From Macrostomum lignano (Eukaryota), in contig NIVC01000131.1 in the NCBI GenBank assembly GCA_002269645.1, positions 1-64,000 of the forward strand: DNA of 64,000 nucleotides. The letters are read 5' to 3'. Each line of letters begins with the position of its first letter. Position 1 is the first letter of the stretch. The notes beneath the pieces are model-generated. The model made no database searches, had not been told where the DNA came from, and saw only the letters and a program-made list of their open reading frames with translations. The position numbers and the translations under genes are program-made. Positions 13,975 through 26,225 of this stretch are shown one piece after another.

Positions 13975-14795
13975 CCCCCCCCCTACTAGTAGCTTCGCCC
14001 CCCCCTTACTAGCAGCTTTGCCCCCCCTTACTAGCAGCTGTGCCCCCCTTACTAGTAGCTTCGCCCCCCTACTAGTAGTTTTGCCCCCCCTTACTAGCTG
14101 CTGTGCCCCCCTACTAGTAGCTTCGCCCCCCCCTACTAGTAGCTTTGCCCCCCTTACTAGCAGCTTTGCCCCCCCTTACTAACAGCTGTGCCCCCCCCTA
14201 CTAGCAGCTTTGCCCCCCCCCTTACTAGCAGCTGTGCCCCCCTTACTAGCAGCTTTGCCCCCCCCTTACTAGCAGCTGTGCCCCCCTTACTAGCAGCTTT
14301 GCCCCCCCTACTAGTAGCTTCGCCCCCCTTACTAGCAGCTTTGCCTCCCTTACTAGCAGCTTTGCCCCCCCCTTACTAGCAACTTTGCCCTCCCTTACTA
14401 GCAGCTGTGCCCCCCTTACTAGCAGCTTTGCCCCCCCTTACTAGCAGCTTTGCCCCCCCTTACTAGCAGCTTTGCCCCCCCTTACTAGCAGCTTTGCCCC
14501 CCTACTAGTAGCTTCGCCCCCCCCTTACTAGCAGCTTTGCCCCCCCTTACTAGCAGCTTTGCCCCCCTTACTAGCAGCTTTGCCCTCCCTTACTAGCAGC
14601 TTTGCCCCCCTTACTAGCAGCTGTGCCCCCCCCTACTAGCAGCTTTGCCCCCCTTACTAGCAGCTGTGCCCCCCTTACTAGCAGCTTTGCCCTCCCTTAC
14701 TAGCAGCTGTGCCCCCCTTACTAGCAGCTTTGCCCTCCCTTACTAGCAGCTGCCCCCCCCTTACTAGCAGCTTCGCCCACCTTTACTAGCAGCTT
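13975..14795. repeat. ~22-bp minisatellite (TTACTAGCAGCTTTGCCCCCCC)
   Basis: Tandem copies with a variable C-tract. Confidence 0.95.
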
Positions 14796-14899
14796 TGCAG
14801 CATCCTTGGCACTTCCTCAAAAATGAAATGGCGAGTCCAAACGCGCACCCCAAGCCCAACTGGCCCAGCTCGGTAAGCTGCTAGAGGCGAATCACAGAG

Positions 14900-15551
14900 T
14901 CAGAAGCACTGCTTCATCGCGTCAACAATGGCCGCGTGCTCGCAGAATCTGGACAGAGCCGAGTCGTGCAGTCGCCTGTCCAGCTCCAGGCACAGTCCGT
15001 TGCGCCTTTGGCTGCCGCGCTCTGAGCGGAGGAAAGCTTTGAGATCGGCCTCCAACAGCTGCCGCTGAGCAGCCGACGACGCCTCCTGCAGGCTGTCCTG
15101 GGCAGACTGGCTCAGCTGCATCTCCGGACTGCTGTGCGATCGGGGTCTCCGCTGCTGCTGCTTCTGACCCTGCTGGCCAGGTCGGCCATGCCACTGATTG
15201 TCGTCGGTGGCATCGTCCGGCCAGGAGGAGTCGAAAGCGGTCCATCGGACTTCGAACTCGGCACCAGTTCGATCAGTGCACAGCTCGCTGATGACTATCT
15301 GCAGTGGGATGGTCAGCTTGTGCCGCTGCTGACCCTTTTCCTGATCCGCTGGCCTGGGCGAAGCCCGGCGTTTCTTAGAAAACATCCTCGATCGGCGCCG
15401 GCCGAGCATGTCCAGCAGGGAGGAGGCCCGGGAGGCGCTGAACGACCGGCTTCTTGGCTGGGCTTGCAGGCGCTGAGGAGACTCCGGCAGCTTGGCCATG
15501 GCTCTGGCTGAAGGCGGGCAGGTAGGGACCGGCCGAGCTGAGCAGCCGGGA
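14900..15551 (-). CDS. Probable terminal coding exon of an unidentified gene
   Basis: Acceptor tcatcatttcag| at 15552 on the minus strand, then a GC-rich open frame (..LLDMLGRRRSRMFSKKRR..LLEADLKAFLRSE..MKQCF*). No recognisable domain. Confidence 0.4.
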
Positions 15552-15864
15552 CTGAAATGATGAAGCAAAACAAATTCAGGGAAAAGTGAGAGGCTTTGGC
15601 CAACCCCCCTTCCGTTAGAGGAAGCCTTATGGTTAGGGAGGCGAGCGGGGATTGGGCACGCGACAAGGAGTGCCCCCCCCCCCGATCCCGCGGGTGGGAG
15701 CGCCTTCCCACCATACCTACGGGTGAGCAAGCGAGGAATAAAATTAACACACTCCTCTCTCAGCTGACTGGCAACTGACTGCCTGGTTTGAGTTGTTTTT
15801 TTAAAGCTATGATGTACTTTCATTTATTCGTTCACACGCGAGCAGACTAACAATGAATTAAATT

Positions 15865-16555
15865 GTAATCTATGCAGCAGCCGGTGCAGCGATAGAGTGC
15901 CGCATTGGTGACTCGCTCGTAGCCGATCTTGAAGGCGGCGCGCAGCAGGCCAGCGTGCGCCGCATCGACCAGTTGTTCGAGCGAATCCGTCAGCGTCCAG
16001 GTCTCGGCGTTGTACAACAGGACGGTCTCGATCACCGCCTGAAGCAGCACCGCCCTCTAACGATCAGGCAGGGCCTCAGACTGCAGGACGACCCTCGCGG
16101 AACGGAAGGCAGCCCAGGCAAGTCCACGGCGGCGTCGCAGGTCCTCGCAAACGTCAGGCACCAGACCGCCGAGGTAGACGAACTGCTGACAGCGGGGAAG
16201 CCTCGTCACCTGTCCGCACAAAATAGTTGCTTTGATGTCGTCCGGCAGGCATGCAGAGCACGCGGTCTTCTGAGTGTTGACCACCAGGCCAACACTCGCT
16301 GAAACGCTCACCAGCCGGTCCAGCTGGTGCTGGGCGCCCTCGACGGTCGACGACAACATGACGAGACCGTCGGAGCAGGCAAGCACGCTGAGCCGCCTCT
16401 CCGGTTGGCGTCGACCCACGCGTCGCTGCAGCAGAAAGCCGTCGTCGGTAGAAGGGAGAGCGGTCCGCAGCATCCAGTCAAGCACCAGGACCAACAGGAA
16501 CGGCACAAGCGTATCTCCCTGAAGCACCCCGGAGGATGGCTCAAGGAAGTCCAAT
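15865..16555 (-). mobile_element. 5'-truncated, degenerate non-LTR retrotransposon (RTE-like) RT fragment
   Basis: GVLQGDTLVPFL (RT QG motif); YADD degraded to CSDG; GLVVNTQKT; YLG; post-RT ..AVIETVLLYNAETWTLT.. segment; stop codon inside. Confidence 0.85.
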
Positions 16556-16789
16556 TGTTATCATTAACAATTATCATTACCTTAACAGAATGCGATTGTT
16601 CATACTTAAAAATTACTTGTTTAGGCAGTTGTATACGGGTCAATTGTTATTAGAGAAATGTGAAAAAACAAGCTGCGGATAGATTTCTACGAAAACACCT
16701 CTCTCGCCTCTCCCTTCTCACTTTCTGTTATCTCTCATCTTCTCTTTCCTCTTCCATCTACTATTCCTTCTCCTCTTCTCTCGCATCTA

Positions 16790-16855
16790 TCTGGCCCGCA
16801 GCCGTGAGCTGATTATTTAGCTGACCCTTGAGGTAAAAAAGTTTGTCAACCCCTG
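16790..16855. mobile_element. Possible hAT (Charlie-like) MITE right-end remnant
   Basis: GGCCCGCAGCC...AAAAGTTTGTCAACCCCTG resembles hAT CAGGGG-type termini; no partner end found. Confidence 0.3.
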
Positions 16856-17091
16856 ATGTAAGGGAATCTAACTGCTATCTGACTATCTCAACACTAGCTT
16901 ATGGATATTTAGCAATTAGAGTTGAATTCAGAACGACCTCATTTCGTCACGTACACGTAAACATATGCAAGCTCCGATATCCGATCCGCACTGAGGCATT
17001 GCAAAAACGCGCATACTGTAAGATACGCAAGAAGTCTGATACATGTACTTTGTGTAGAAATGCATTTTTTCTAGGATTTTACGTGCTAAAG

Positions 17092-17429
17092 CCACCATCA
17101 CAAGCTCGAAAAATCACAAGCTCGAAAAATCACATCGTCGAAAAGTTTAGCAACCACCATCATAAGCTCGAATAGGCACAAGCTCTAACCCTAAACCCAA
17201 GGCACTAACCCTAACCCCAACCCTAACCTAAACCCTAACCCTAAGGCACAAGCTGTAACCCTAACCCTATTCGAGCTTGTGATGGTGGTGTGACGATGTG
17301 ACTTATCGAGCTAGTGACTTTTCGAGCTAGACTTTTCGACGATATGATTTTTCGAGCTTATGACTTTTCGAGCTTGTGATGGTGGATGCTTTTCGACGAT
17401 GTGATTTTTCGAGCTTGTGAGGGCCCCCC
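17092..17429. mobile_element. Fold-back non-autonomous element with subterminal repeat arms and internal (CCCTAA)n
   Basis: Arms TCACAAGCTCGAAAAATCAC / GTGATTTTTCGAGCTTGTGA; loop holds telomere-type hexamers; flanked by direct repeat TGCTAAAG (17084-17091 and 17430-17437). Confidence 0.65.
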
Positions 17430-17888
17430 TGCTAAAGTACTGAACTTAACTGTAAGTTTGAAAAATGCACGTGAGTACGCCTGTACACGTTTACATGCAT
17501 GTACGTGTATATAACTCAGAACCTAAACAGTGGTAGGCCTTATCCTATAAACAATTTCAATATCTTTGCATTTTAGTTTGTATAGTGTGTATTAGTGTGT
17601 ATTAATGTAACACTGATTTGCATCATATAATTGTCTTCATGCTCCAAGAACAGCAGGCAGGAGAGCCTTAAGACTCTAGGGAGTAAGGAGCTTTGGGTGA
17701 GAGAAAGATATATGTAAAATGGTATACATGTAGCGCGCTACTACATGTTCATAGGTTAAAATATTGTAAGCGATGTTAAATCAGTGAAAAAACAGGAATC
17801 GCAATTTTGTCAATAAGTACTGATGAGGAATACAAGTAATATCAGTACCTTTGCATGCAGTAAATATACTGATTTTTGATTATTTGTT

Positions 17889-17976
17889 CAGTGGTGGATC
17901 TACTAGGTTTTTTTCTGGGGGGGGGGGGGTTCACCCGACACCCTTGACACGGCCCCCTCCCTTGGATTCGCCAGTG
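17889..17976. mobile_element. Short degenerate MITE related to the 23096-23278 element
   Basis: CAGTGGTGGATC...G-tract...GGATTCGCCAGTG imperfect TIRs; no TSD seen. Confidence 0.45.
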
Positions 17977-18831
17977 ATCGAGTTCACTTTTCAAGCAATA
18001 TATAACTTATAATTAAGAATTAAGGCAAACGAACACATTTTCTGTTTTTTTTTCAGGGCTCGATCATGACCCCCAGTTTTCTCCGGGTCAGCCGCTTGAC
18101 CCCCATGATTTGTCACTGTATTTTTCATCAATTGTTGCATTTTGATAGCCCAAATCACTCTACCTTTTTATTTAACGTAAGGTATTCCGCTAAATAAAAT
18201 TACGCTGCGACTAGCCCGACAAGAAACCCAATTGTCGACACTTAAGTCTCACTATATGGGTCTTTTCATGTTTGCTTGTTCTGGTTCTAGAACCAGATCC
18301 AATTTGTAAAGTATAACTTTTTTCTCCTAAACTATAGAGGGATATAAGTGCGAAAAAATTGTAATATTTAATGGCAATAGCCAAGAAGAAAAGTGAAAAA
18401 TTGTGCAAAGTGAGGCTGTTAAGCAGTCAAACATTCAACAAAGTTAAATAGATATACTGCTTTTTTTCTTGGAAGATCGGGCTTGGATGGAAGATACCGT
18501 CATGAAAAAGGGGCCATTGTGCCGAGTCAAGACTGTAAAACATTTAAACAAAAAGAGTTTATTTTTTAACCTCTGAATAAAATTCTGGTTTATTTTTTAA
18601 CCATAATTGCTTGAAAATTTAAAGATTTTATTATTTTTCAAGTGTGAATAAAACGGTAATATAAACAAGCAAGCGGCCTTATGGTTCAATTGAGAATACA
18701 ATTTTACTTAACAATCCGTTGACAAACTTACTTATTATAAACTGTGGTTAATTAAACAGTTGTTTTTGATCTGATTGTACTACGTGAATAAAAAATCACT
18801 GTTTTCTGAGTTAACGTTTTTTAAAAGATTT

Positions 18832-18953
18832 ATGCAGCAGAAATCAGAATCAGAACCAGCCGAAACGAAGAAAGACCAAATGGAAAAAAGAATAAATCCT
18901 TCGAAGCATCGCTATCCTCATTGTGTTGTCTGGACTCCACTCCCTTGTATTAG
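18832..18953 (+). CDS. TMEM222: TMEM222 (DUF778) exon 1
   Basis: MQQKSESE..RINPSKHRYPHCVVWTPLPCI; donor AG|gtatg; phase 2. Confidence 0.9.
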
Positions 18954-20034
18954 GTATGCTACGCATGACTTTAGTTTTAGCAGAATGCTGACAACATATG
19001 CTGCTACTAAGTATTACTAGGGGTTTTCTTCAGTTCTACTGCTGTTACTAATGTCAATGACAATTTTTATAATGGTAGCAACTCCACTCCTCTAGCAAAA
19101 TATTGCTAATTTTTTACTATTTTTTAAATAATCTGTTAAACTTCGTGACATGTATTTTGACACCTCATTTTTGAAATTTGGTTAAGTAATAAAACAGTTA
19201 TTGCATTTTTAGTCTCATTTTTTTGGTTTGTTTAAGACAATAATGTACAATAATTATAGACAATAATTATATTTTTCCTATAAGGCCAGGATGGAATTTT
19301 TGTATAATTTTTCCTATAAGGCCAGGATGGAATTTTTGTATAAAATCCTGGACACATTCTGTGTGCACTGACAAAAACTTGCATACTTGCATGCACATTT
19401 CTGACAAAGTTGCGCAACTTTAAAATGTTTATGTGCACATAGTCGCAGCTTATTGTTCTAAGAAATCTTGCATAATTTTATTTGAAAATTTTGAATATTG
19501 CACTTGTTACAGTAAAACAAAGTTATTGCATATTAAAAACAAAGCCACTAAGAACTATATTAAACTTAAAAGAGAATTATAAATTTTTTTTTAAGTTTTA
19601 TTTAAACTTTAATGAAACTTTGTGAAAAAGTTGCTCAAAAATTCAAGTGCCAAAAAAACTTGCACAAAAAATTTTGTTCCAAAATTGTCATGCAAAGATT
19701 CCACCCTGGCTATAAGGCTCTGTGATCATTTTGCTCCAAAAAAGGTTTTTAATTAATAACATTGAATAATAAAAAAATCAAGGCACTAGGCCTAAAATGC
19801 TATGACTTTTTGATTATTTGACCAAATTTCATAAATGTATCAAAATGCTTATTTCATTAGGTTCTAACAGTAGATTAGATAATAAAGTTAGAAATTTCCT
19901 TTTTTAAAATCTCACTAGAGTCCTTATATGTATAGAGTTGCCTGACTTTGAATGTATATTATAGAAAAACTGCTTGATAATTTTTTCCAATTCTTTTTGC
20001 ATGGTATTTGTGTTAAAATTCTATTTAAAATGAC

Positions 20035-20883
20035 CAGTGCTTGGCATTAACTAGTTAATAAACTAGTAAATTTTTTTTTAAATTGTTAAATTTCATTAAG
20101 TTTTTTATGTATTAACTAGTTAACAAAAATCGTTAAATGTTTTCTGTAAGTTAAAGTTAAATGACAAAAGTTAATAATTCCGGGAAATGGAGTTCCCCCA
20201 GTTCAAAATCCGTAGGTTTCAATAGCTTGTATGCCATTAAAAAGTAAAATTAAGACATACATAAAATAACTTCGCCTTTCTAAGCATTATTTAACACGTC
20301 CCAAACTATTACATGTATATTATTTCTGTTACAAGTTATAATGTATAGAATATTCCAGAAGATTCTGGAATCTTCAACTATTATCTATTGATATTCTACC
20401 CAAGGACTACTAGAAGTTATCGTTGTATACATGTAATGATTCTGCCTTTCCTGCTGCGCTGCTCCACGTCGCGCTGCATAGATATTTCCTTGTTGCGTTG
20501 CACCATATGGTGCCATGTTGCACTGCTGCGCAACTTCCCGCGCTGCTGCACAACCTCCCTCGCTGCTGCACAACCTCCCGTACCACCGTGTAACTTCCCA
20601 TGCCGCTGCACAACCTCCTGTGCTGCATTGCGCCGCGCTGCGACCTGGCCACAGCTGCGCTGCACCAACCAAAAAATTAAAAAAATGCACTGGACACATG
20701 TCTGGAAAAATGTCACTTTTTCCGTTAGGGAGAAATAGGAATTAACTTTAACTTTTAACTTTTCAGAAGCTAAATTTTTGGCAAAAGTTAAATATTTAAC
20801 TAGTTATAGTTTTTTTTGGAGCAATTGAATTAACTTTTTAACTTTTAACAAGTTAAAAAAATTGATTAACTTGCCCAGCACTG
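20035..20883. mobile_element. Non-autonomous hAT-type MITE in TMEM222 intron 1
   Basis: TIRs CAGTGCTTGGCA../..TGCCCAGCACTG; perfect 8-bp TSD AAAATGAC (20027-20034, 20884-20891); TTAAC-rich subterminal repeats; internal GC-rich repeat at ~20450-20670. Confidence 0.85.
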
Positions 20884-21359
20884 AAAATGACTTAAGCGTT
20901 ATTTACACTTCCAAAAATTGGTGCAAAAAATAAACACTATTTTCAAAAAAAAATTTTTATAATAATATCCATATACTAAAAATCAAAATTATGACTACTA
21001 TTGCTTAGCAGAAGTCTTATAGCTTCCTTCAAAAGTAACTTTATGCCAATAAAAGTCTCCAAATACAGTCAATAGGTAGAAATCCATTGCCAACCAAGAT
21101 ACTAAAATAGTTATATATTTGGGTAGGTACATTTGATGGGGAGATCCCAAAAATAAACAGCAATAAGTAACCTGCCTATATTGATTGTTGAATTACTATA
21201 GTAAGTAGTTACTACAGCTACAAAAATTTGAAATGAAGAAATTCCAACAATAGGTTCAAATTAACAAAGCTAAAAACGAATCTGGGATTAGTGGGATAGA
21301 TATATTAGTGCAATGAAGAAATGCATTAATGAATGAACTCCTCTCCACCACTGCCACAG

Positions 21360-21564
21360 CTGGCTGATTCCCCTCATTGGCCACCTGGGAATTTGCACCA
21401 GTGCTGGAGTTGTTCGCGATTTTGCTGGCCCATATGAAGTAAGCGAGGACCAAATGGCTTTTGGCTGGCCCTACAAGTACTGGCAGCTGGACATCGACTC
21501 CGTTGGACGGGATGTCTACGACAGGGCTGTCTATGATGCTAGCGAGGTCTACAAGGGTCGCATG
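21360..21564 (+). CDS. TMEM222: TMEM222 exon 2
   Basis: cacag|C..WLIPLIGHLGICTSAGVVRDFAGPYEVSEDQMAFGWPYKYWQLD..YKGRM|gtatg, the hallmark TMEM222 motif. Confidence 0.93.
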
Positions 21565-21704
21565 GTATGGATTAGCTGTATGTGTTTATTGCTTTCTTTG
21601 AGTGCTTTTTAAGTAGTCTGTTTTGAATTTAGTTATGGGTAAGCAGACTCTGGTGAACTGGGAGCAATAACAGAGTAGAAAGCAGAATATCAGCGGAGAA
21701 GAGC

Positions 21705-22160
21705 AGACTCTATGACCTGCGTGCAGCGAGGGAAAGCAGACTCTATGACCTTGGTGCAGTGCGGGAGAGCAGACTCTATGACCTGGGTGCAGTGCGGGAG
21801 AGCAGACTCTATGACCTGGGTGCAGTGCGGGAGAGCAGACTCTATGACCTGGGTGCAGTGAGGGAGAGCAGAGTCTATGACCTGCGTGCAGCGAGGGAAA
21901 GCAGACTCTATGACCTGGGTGCAGTGCGGGAGAGCAGACTCTATGACCTGGGTGCAGTGCGGGAAAGCAGACTCTATGACCTGGGAGAAGCGGGGGGAGA
22001 GAGCAGATTCTATGACCTGAGAGAATCGGGGGGGAGAGCACGACTCTATGATCTGGGTGCAGCGAGGGAAAGCAGACTCTATGACCTGGGAGAAGCGGGG
22101 GGAGAGCAGATTCTATGACCTGAGAGAATCGGGGGGAGAGCACGACTCTGTGATCTGGGC
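21705..22160. repeat. ~33-bp intronic minisatellite (GCAGACTCTATGACCTGGGTGCAGTGCGGGAGA)
   Basis: About 13 copies in TMEM222 intron 2. Confidence 0.92.
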
Positions 22161-22218
22161 AGAGAATTTCACTTAGAATCAAATTTCACAGTGAAATTCT
22201 TACGCAAACCATCTGCAG

Positions 22219-22349
22219 CACAATTTATTCTGCGACAACTGTCACAGTCATGTGGCCATGGCGCTTAACAAGATGGAGTACTCCGGCTGCAAGACGTGGA
22301 ACATGGTCCGCATCTTTCTTCTCTTCACACTGCACTGTCGCTACGTTAG
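22219..22349 (+). CDS. TMEM222: TMEM222 exon 3
   Basis: ctgcag|HNLFCDNCHSHVAMALNKMEY..WNMVRIFLLFTLHCRYV|gtgag. Confidence 0.93.
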
Positions 22350-22418
22350 GTGAGTTATTGATTGTTTATTTAATTCCAATAAAGGAACTTTTTTATTTTT
22401 TCGAAACAAAAATTGCAG

Positions 22419-22518
22419 CTGGCCTCGCCTCGTACTCACCTGGCTGCCGTTTATTATCGTGGTTGGTCTTATTGTTGGCCTGTCAGTAATGGTTAATCAT
22501 CTTGGTGGTCAGCAGTGA
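22419..22518 (+). CDS. TMEM222: TMEM222 exon 4 (terminal, TM helix)
   Basis: ttgcag|(S)WPRLVLTWLPFIIVVGLIVGLSVMVNHLGGQQ*; intron phases are consistent across all four exons. Confidence 0.9.
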
Positions 22519-23095
22519 TCTGGTGAAACGGATGCACAATTATAATAATATTAATCCATGGCATGAACTTCAGATGCTCTTTTTGATAACAGAATTATAA
22601 ACATCTCACACGCATCCCAGCCTCGTATGTAGCTGATCCTGCGGCACTAACTAATTTGTAAAAAATATTAACTAAATTCACCTTAAACATTCTGTTGCAC
22701 ATACTTCGTAAATGTACATCTGTGGTATACTGAAGTACACTGTGTACTGTTATATTTATATACGTTTTTTTGCGTTCTCTAACAAACACGAGTTGAGATA
22801 TATTATGTTGCAAAAAATAAAAATACCCTACTTTTCATTCATAATTTAATTCATAATTATATGATATATTGACTAGCTAAATGTATATAAGCTTGACGTA
22901 TAACATGTACTGTAGTTAATGTTATTGATGATATTGCAATTGATGCATAGGACAAAATTTAAAAAATTATGAGTATAAGTTCAATAAAAATGACGTAAGG
23001 GTAATACGGATCGATGTGTCAATGAAGCTCATGTAATTTCCCTCGTAAGCAAGGGATCGGTATAATTGAGCTTTGCTTATATTTAGAGCTGAAGT

Positions 23096-23278
23096 CAGGT
23101 GCGAATCCAGAAAATTTAGTATGGGGGGCGCAGATTACGTACTAAGTAAGGTACATGTATATGTAGATGTACATGTACACGAGCGATAATATGTATTTTC
23201 CATATAAAAAATTAAACAATTCTAACTCAACAGGGGGAGGGCGGCCCAGCTGTGCACCTCCCCCTAAATCCACCACTG
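23096..23278. mobile_element. hAT-type MITE (183 bp)
   Basis: Imperfect TIRs CAGGTGCGAATCCAG / CTAAATCCACCACTG; perfect 8-bp TSD GCTGAAGT (23088-23095, 23279-23286). Confidence 0.8.
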
Positions 23279-24989
23279 GCTGAAGTCACGCAGCACACGC
23301 ACGTAACGTTATGAATTCAGATAGACATTGACCCGTCTTGGACTGCATGACCGGCATCGCTTTAAAAAGTGACGAGACTGAACATATGCCTACTGTAGCT
23401 AGTCGGCTAGTCGCGCTGTGATTGGTTAAAATTTTGGTAGCGTGGGAGTGGGGCGGTTGGTGTACGCGAGGTCAAGGTACATGTACATTCATACATGATC
23501 GATTCGGCGGAAGAAGGGGCTGGAGTGTACTTACAACTTTGTGGTGAAGCTGAATCCAATTAATATTTTAAACTTTTAAGCAACCACCGTTTTGACTCCT
23601 AGCCTGAAGATGCTGCAAGCTATAGCGAAATATGTTATGAATTAAAACATTAGATCCATAACTTCGTCAATAAGACATACTGTGTGCATATACTCAGCAA
23701 CATTGAAAATTTGCCACCCTTTGCCCCAGTGAGCAGTGTCTTTCGACCAGCGTCATCACCTGGCTCACCATTTTGATATTAAAAAAATGCTTAAAAACAG
23801 TGAAAACCCGGCGAAAGCTTCGGTCCATCCAATCTTCGCCCTCCGCTCTTCCCAACCTCTCCTCATCCAGCCCAACTCTGCGTCGCGTTGCGCAAGTTGC
23901 GTCATTAAAAAGTCATTTCTAAGCTAGAATTTACTGCGAACTCTCAAAGGTGGCGACTTTTCAATGTTGTTAAGTGTATTTAAAATGCAAGCGTTTTGTA
24001 ATTATTTTCTTGTTCTTTGCATTTTCCCAAAAGGTTGGCGCAAATTCAAAATGAATAAAAACGTGCAAGTTCGAGCACGAGCCGCCCCGCGCCGCGCCCC
24101 CAACCTTGGAGCCTTGGAGCTCGCTTGAACAGCTTAGCTCATAATATCATTCATAAATAATATATTTTGGTTAAATCGCATTTGAAATCTTCTATTTTAT
24201 ATAATTTAAACTTGATTTTAGCTAATGATCCAATGCAATTTATTAGATTAATCTGTAAATAAGTCTCACTCTCAGGTAATTTATAATATACATATCATTA
24301 TTGAATATTGATACATAAACCTAGACATCTTAACCTAATTGAAACTAACAGTTGACAAAGCTGATTGCATGGTTGAGTTGACAATTGCTTATGTTATAGT
24401 TTTGACCTTACCACTTCAAGCTAAGTTATATATGTTATATATATATAACATAAATAATAAGCATATATTAATATGGATCTACTGTCATATTCATAATTAA
24501 AAGGCAAATAAGCTTTGATTCTATATAGACTCCTTATGGGCCATGGCCATATGCTAAAACTCATTGATATGATATTTTCATTTCAAAAAGAAATCCCATT
24601 GCTATTCACCCATTGTATTAAATTTTAACAATATATTTTGCAAGAATTTTAATTTATATCCTTGGCCTTAAAATTATAAAAATGCCATCCTATATATATA
24701 TGGCCATGGCAATATTATAAATAATATGTGTCAATCATTTTTTCCTATTAAAGCTATCTAATTGATTATTATATATAATCTATTGATAAGCCCTATTGGA
24801 ATACTTTTCAAAAACCCATAGTTGCATATCAAAAGCTTTTAGAAAACCTATAGATATGATAGGTGCTTGTCTAGATACCAATAAGTTTTAGGAATTAGAC
24901 TTGTACTATATATTATTTATAACTTTTTAGGTTTTTTGAATTTTAGCTCAAGATTTTTAGTTTACCATTTTTCCTAATAATATGAGATG

Positions 24990-26225
24990 GGGGTAGAGAA
25001 ATAGATCTGTAAGTTGGTTGGTTTGCTGACACCAATGAGATGGGGTAGTTTTAACTTTGAATTTCTGCTAGTGTTGCATTTGCGCAAATAATTCTGGAAA
25101 AAAATGTGTAGACAAATCACAATAAATTTCTCCTGTTTTACTCTAGCTGTGGGGGTCTCAAATTTGGGGGGAGGGTAGTCATAATCATAGTTAAGCAGTT
25201 GTTTAGTGGCACAGTCTTTCAGGTGACTTTGTCGGTAGTTTTTGTTGATTCTAGCAGTCGATAGCTTCTTGCTTGGTGGAGGGCTAGGGTGGCTGCTATT
25301 GTGGACCTTTGGCACAGCTGTGCCAGATATCACAGCTGGCTGTTTACTTTGGTCCTTATCAGCTACCTTACATTGAGCCTTCTCTATGCATTTGGTATCA
25401 TCCTCGGGCATCTCAAGAGACTGTTGGCTTTTTGATGCTGACTCAATTTGCAATGTTGGATCTCAAACTCAAATTCCCTTAGCCATTGTAGCCATCATCC
25501 AAAGATGCCTACTTGTTGAGTTTGTCTTAGGATCTAGGTCAATATGGCATAATCAGTGCTTTTATAGAGTCTTGGCTTATTGTTCCATCACCTCACGCAA
25601 CTAGTTTTCCTCAGGCTAAGATGACTTATTGTCATGTTGCATCCCAGTGGGCATCTGACTGTTGTCATCCTCAAAAAACTGGACATGTCTTGCTAGCAGC
25701 AGTGCTACTTGCTGAGCCAGGCTAGCTGCTGTCTCAAGGGGTAACACAGCCCTTCTACAGTCAGATTCTGCAGTTGCACTAGGATAAGCTGTTCTTTTGC
25801 CAATTGAGCAATTTGCACTCCCATAGTGAACTGATCCACCAGCTAGCCTGCTTTTGAACCAGGGTAAAATGCAGAAATGTTGTATCAGCCAGAGCAATTA
25901 GTCAATTGCTGTAGTTGTTAACACTCATTCTTGCCTTGCTGGCAGTATTGGAACTGCTCCCAATACTCTAGCATGTTGGCCATATGCATGAAGCATTTAG
26001 ACAATTGTTGTTTAAACTCACCAAACATTAGATTATCTGGCAGCTCTATCTTGATGACTGCGGTATAGATTGTGGTGATGTCCATATTCACAAGGACCTC
26101 CACCTTCTTTCGTCTGTCATCTAGGATGAGCTTGCATTGCTCCTCAAGAGCCTGGATCCAGATGTTGAAGTCCTAGTTTGGTGTGTACTGTTGAATCTTG
26201 ACCAGTTTTGGTGCTGGAGCTCAAT
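24990..26225 (-). mobile_element. Degraded LTR retrotransposon (Gypsy-like) remnant: gag-like plus integrase C-terminal-like segments
   Basis: Gag-like ..DFNIWIQALEEQCKLI..KKVEVLVNMDITTIY..FGEFKQQL.. with stops; distal ..DYPPPKFETP..SKLKLPHLIG.. resembles the GPY/F region. Confidence 0.5.

Noticed and set aside
23900-24130. Possible upstream ATG exon for MGME1
   Set aside because: No ATG-containing segment with a good phase-0 GT donor was found.
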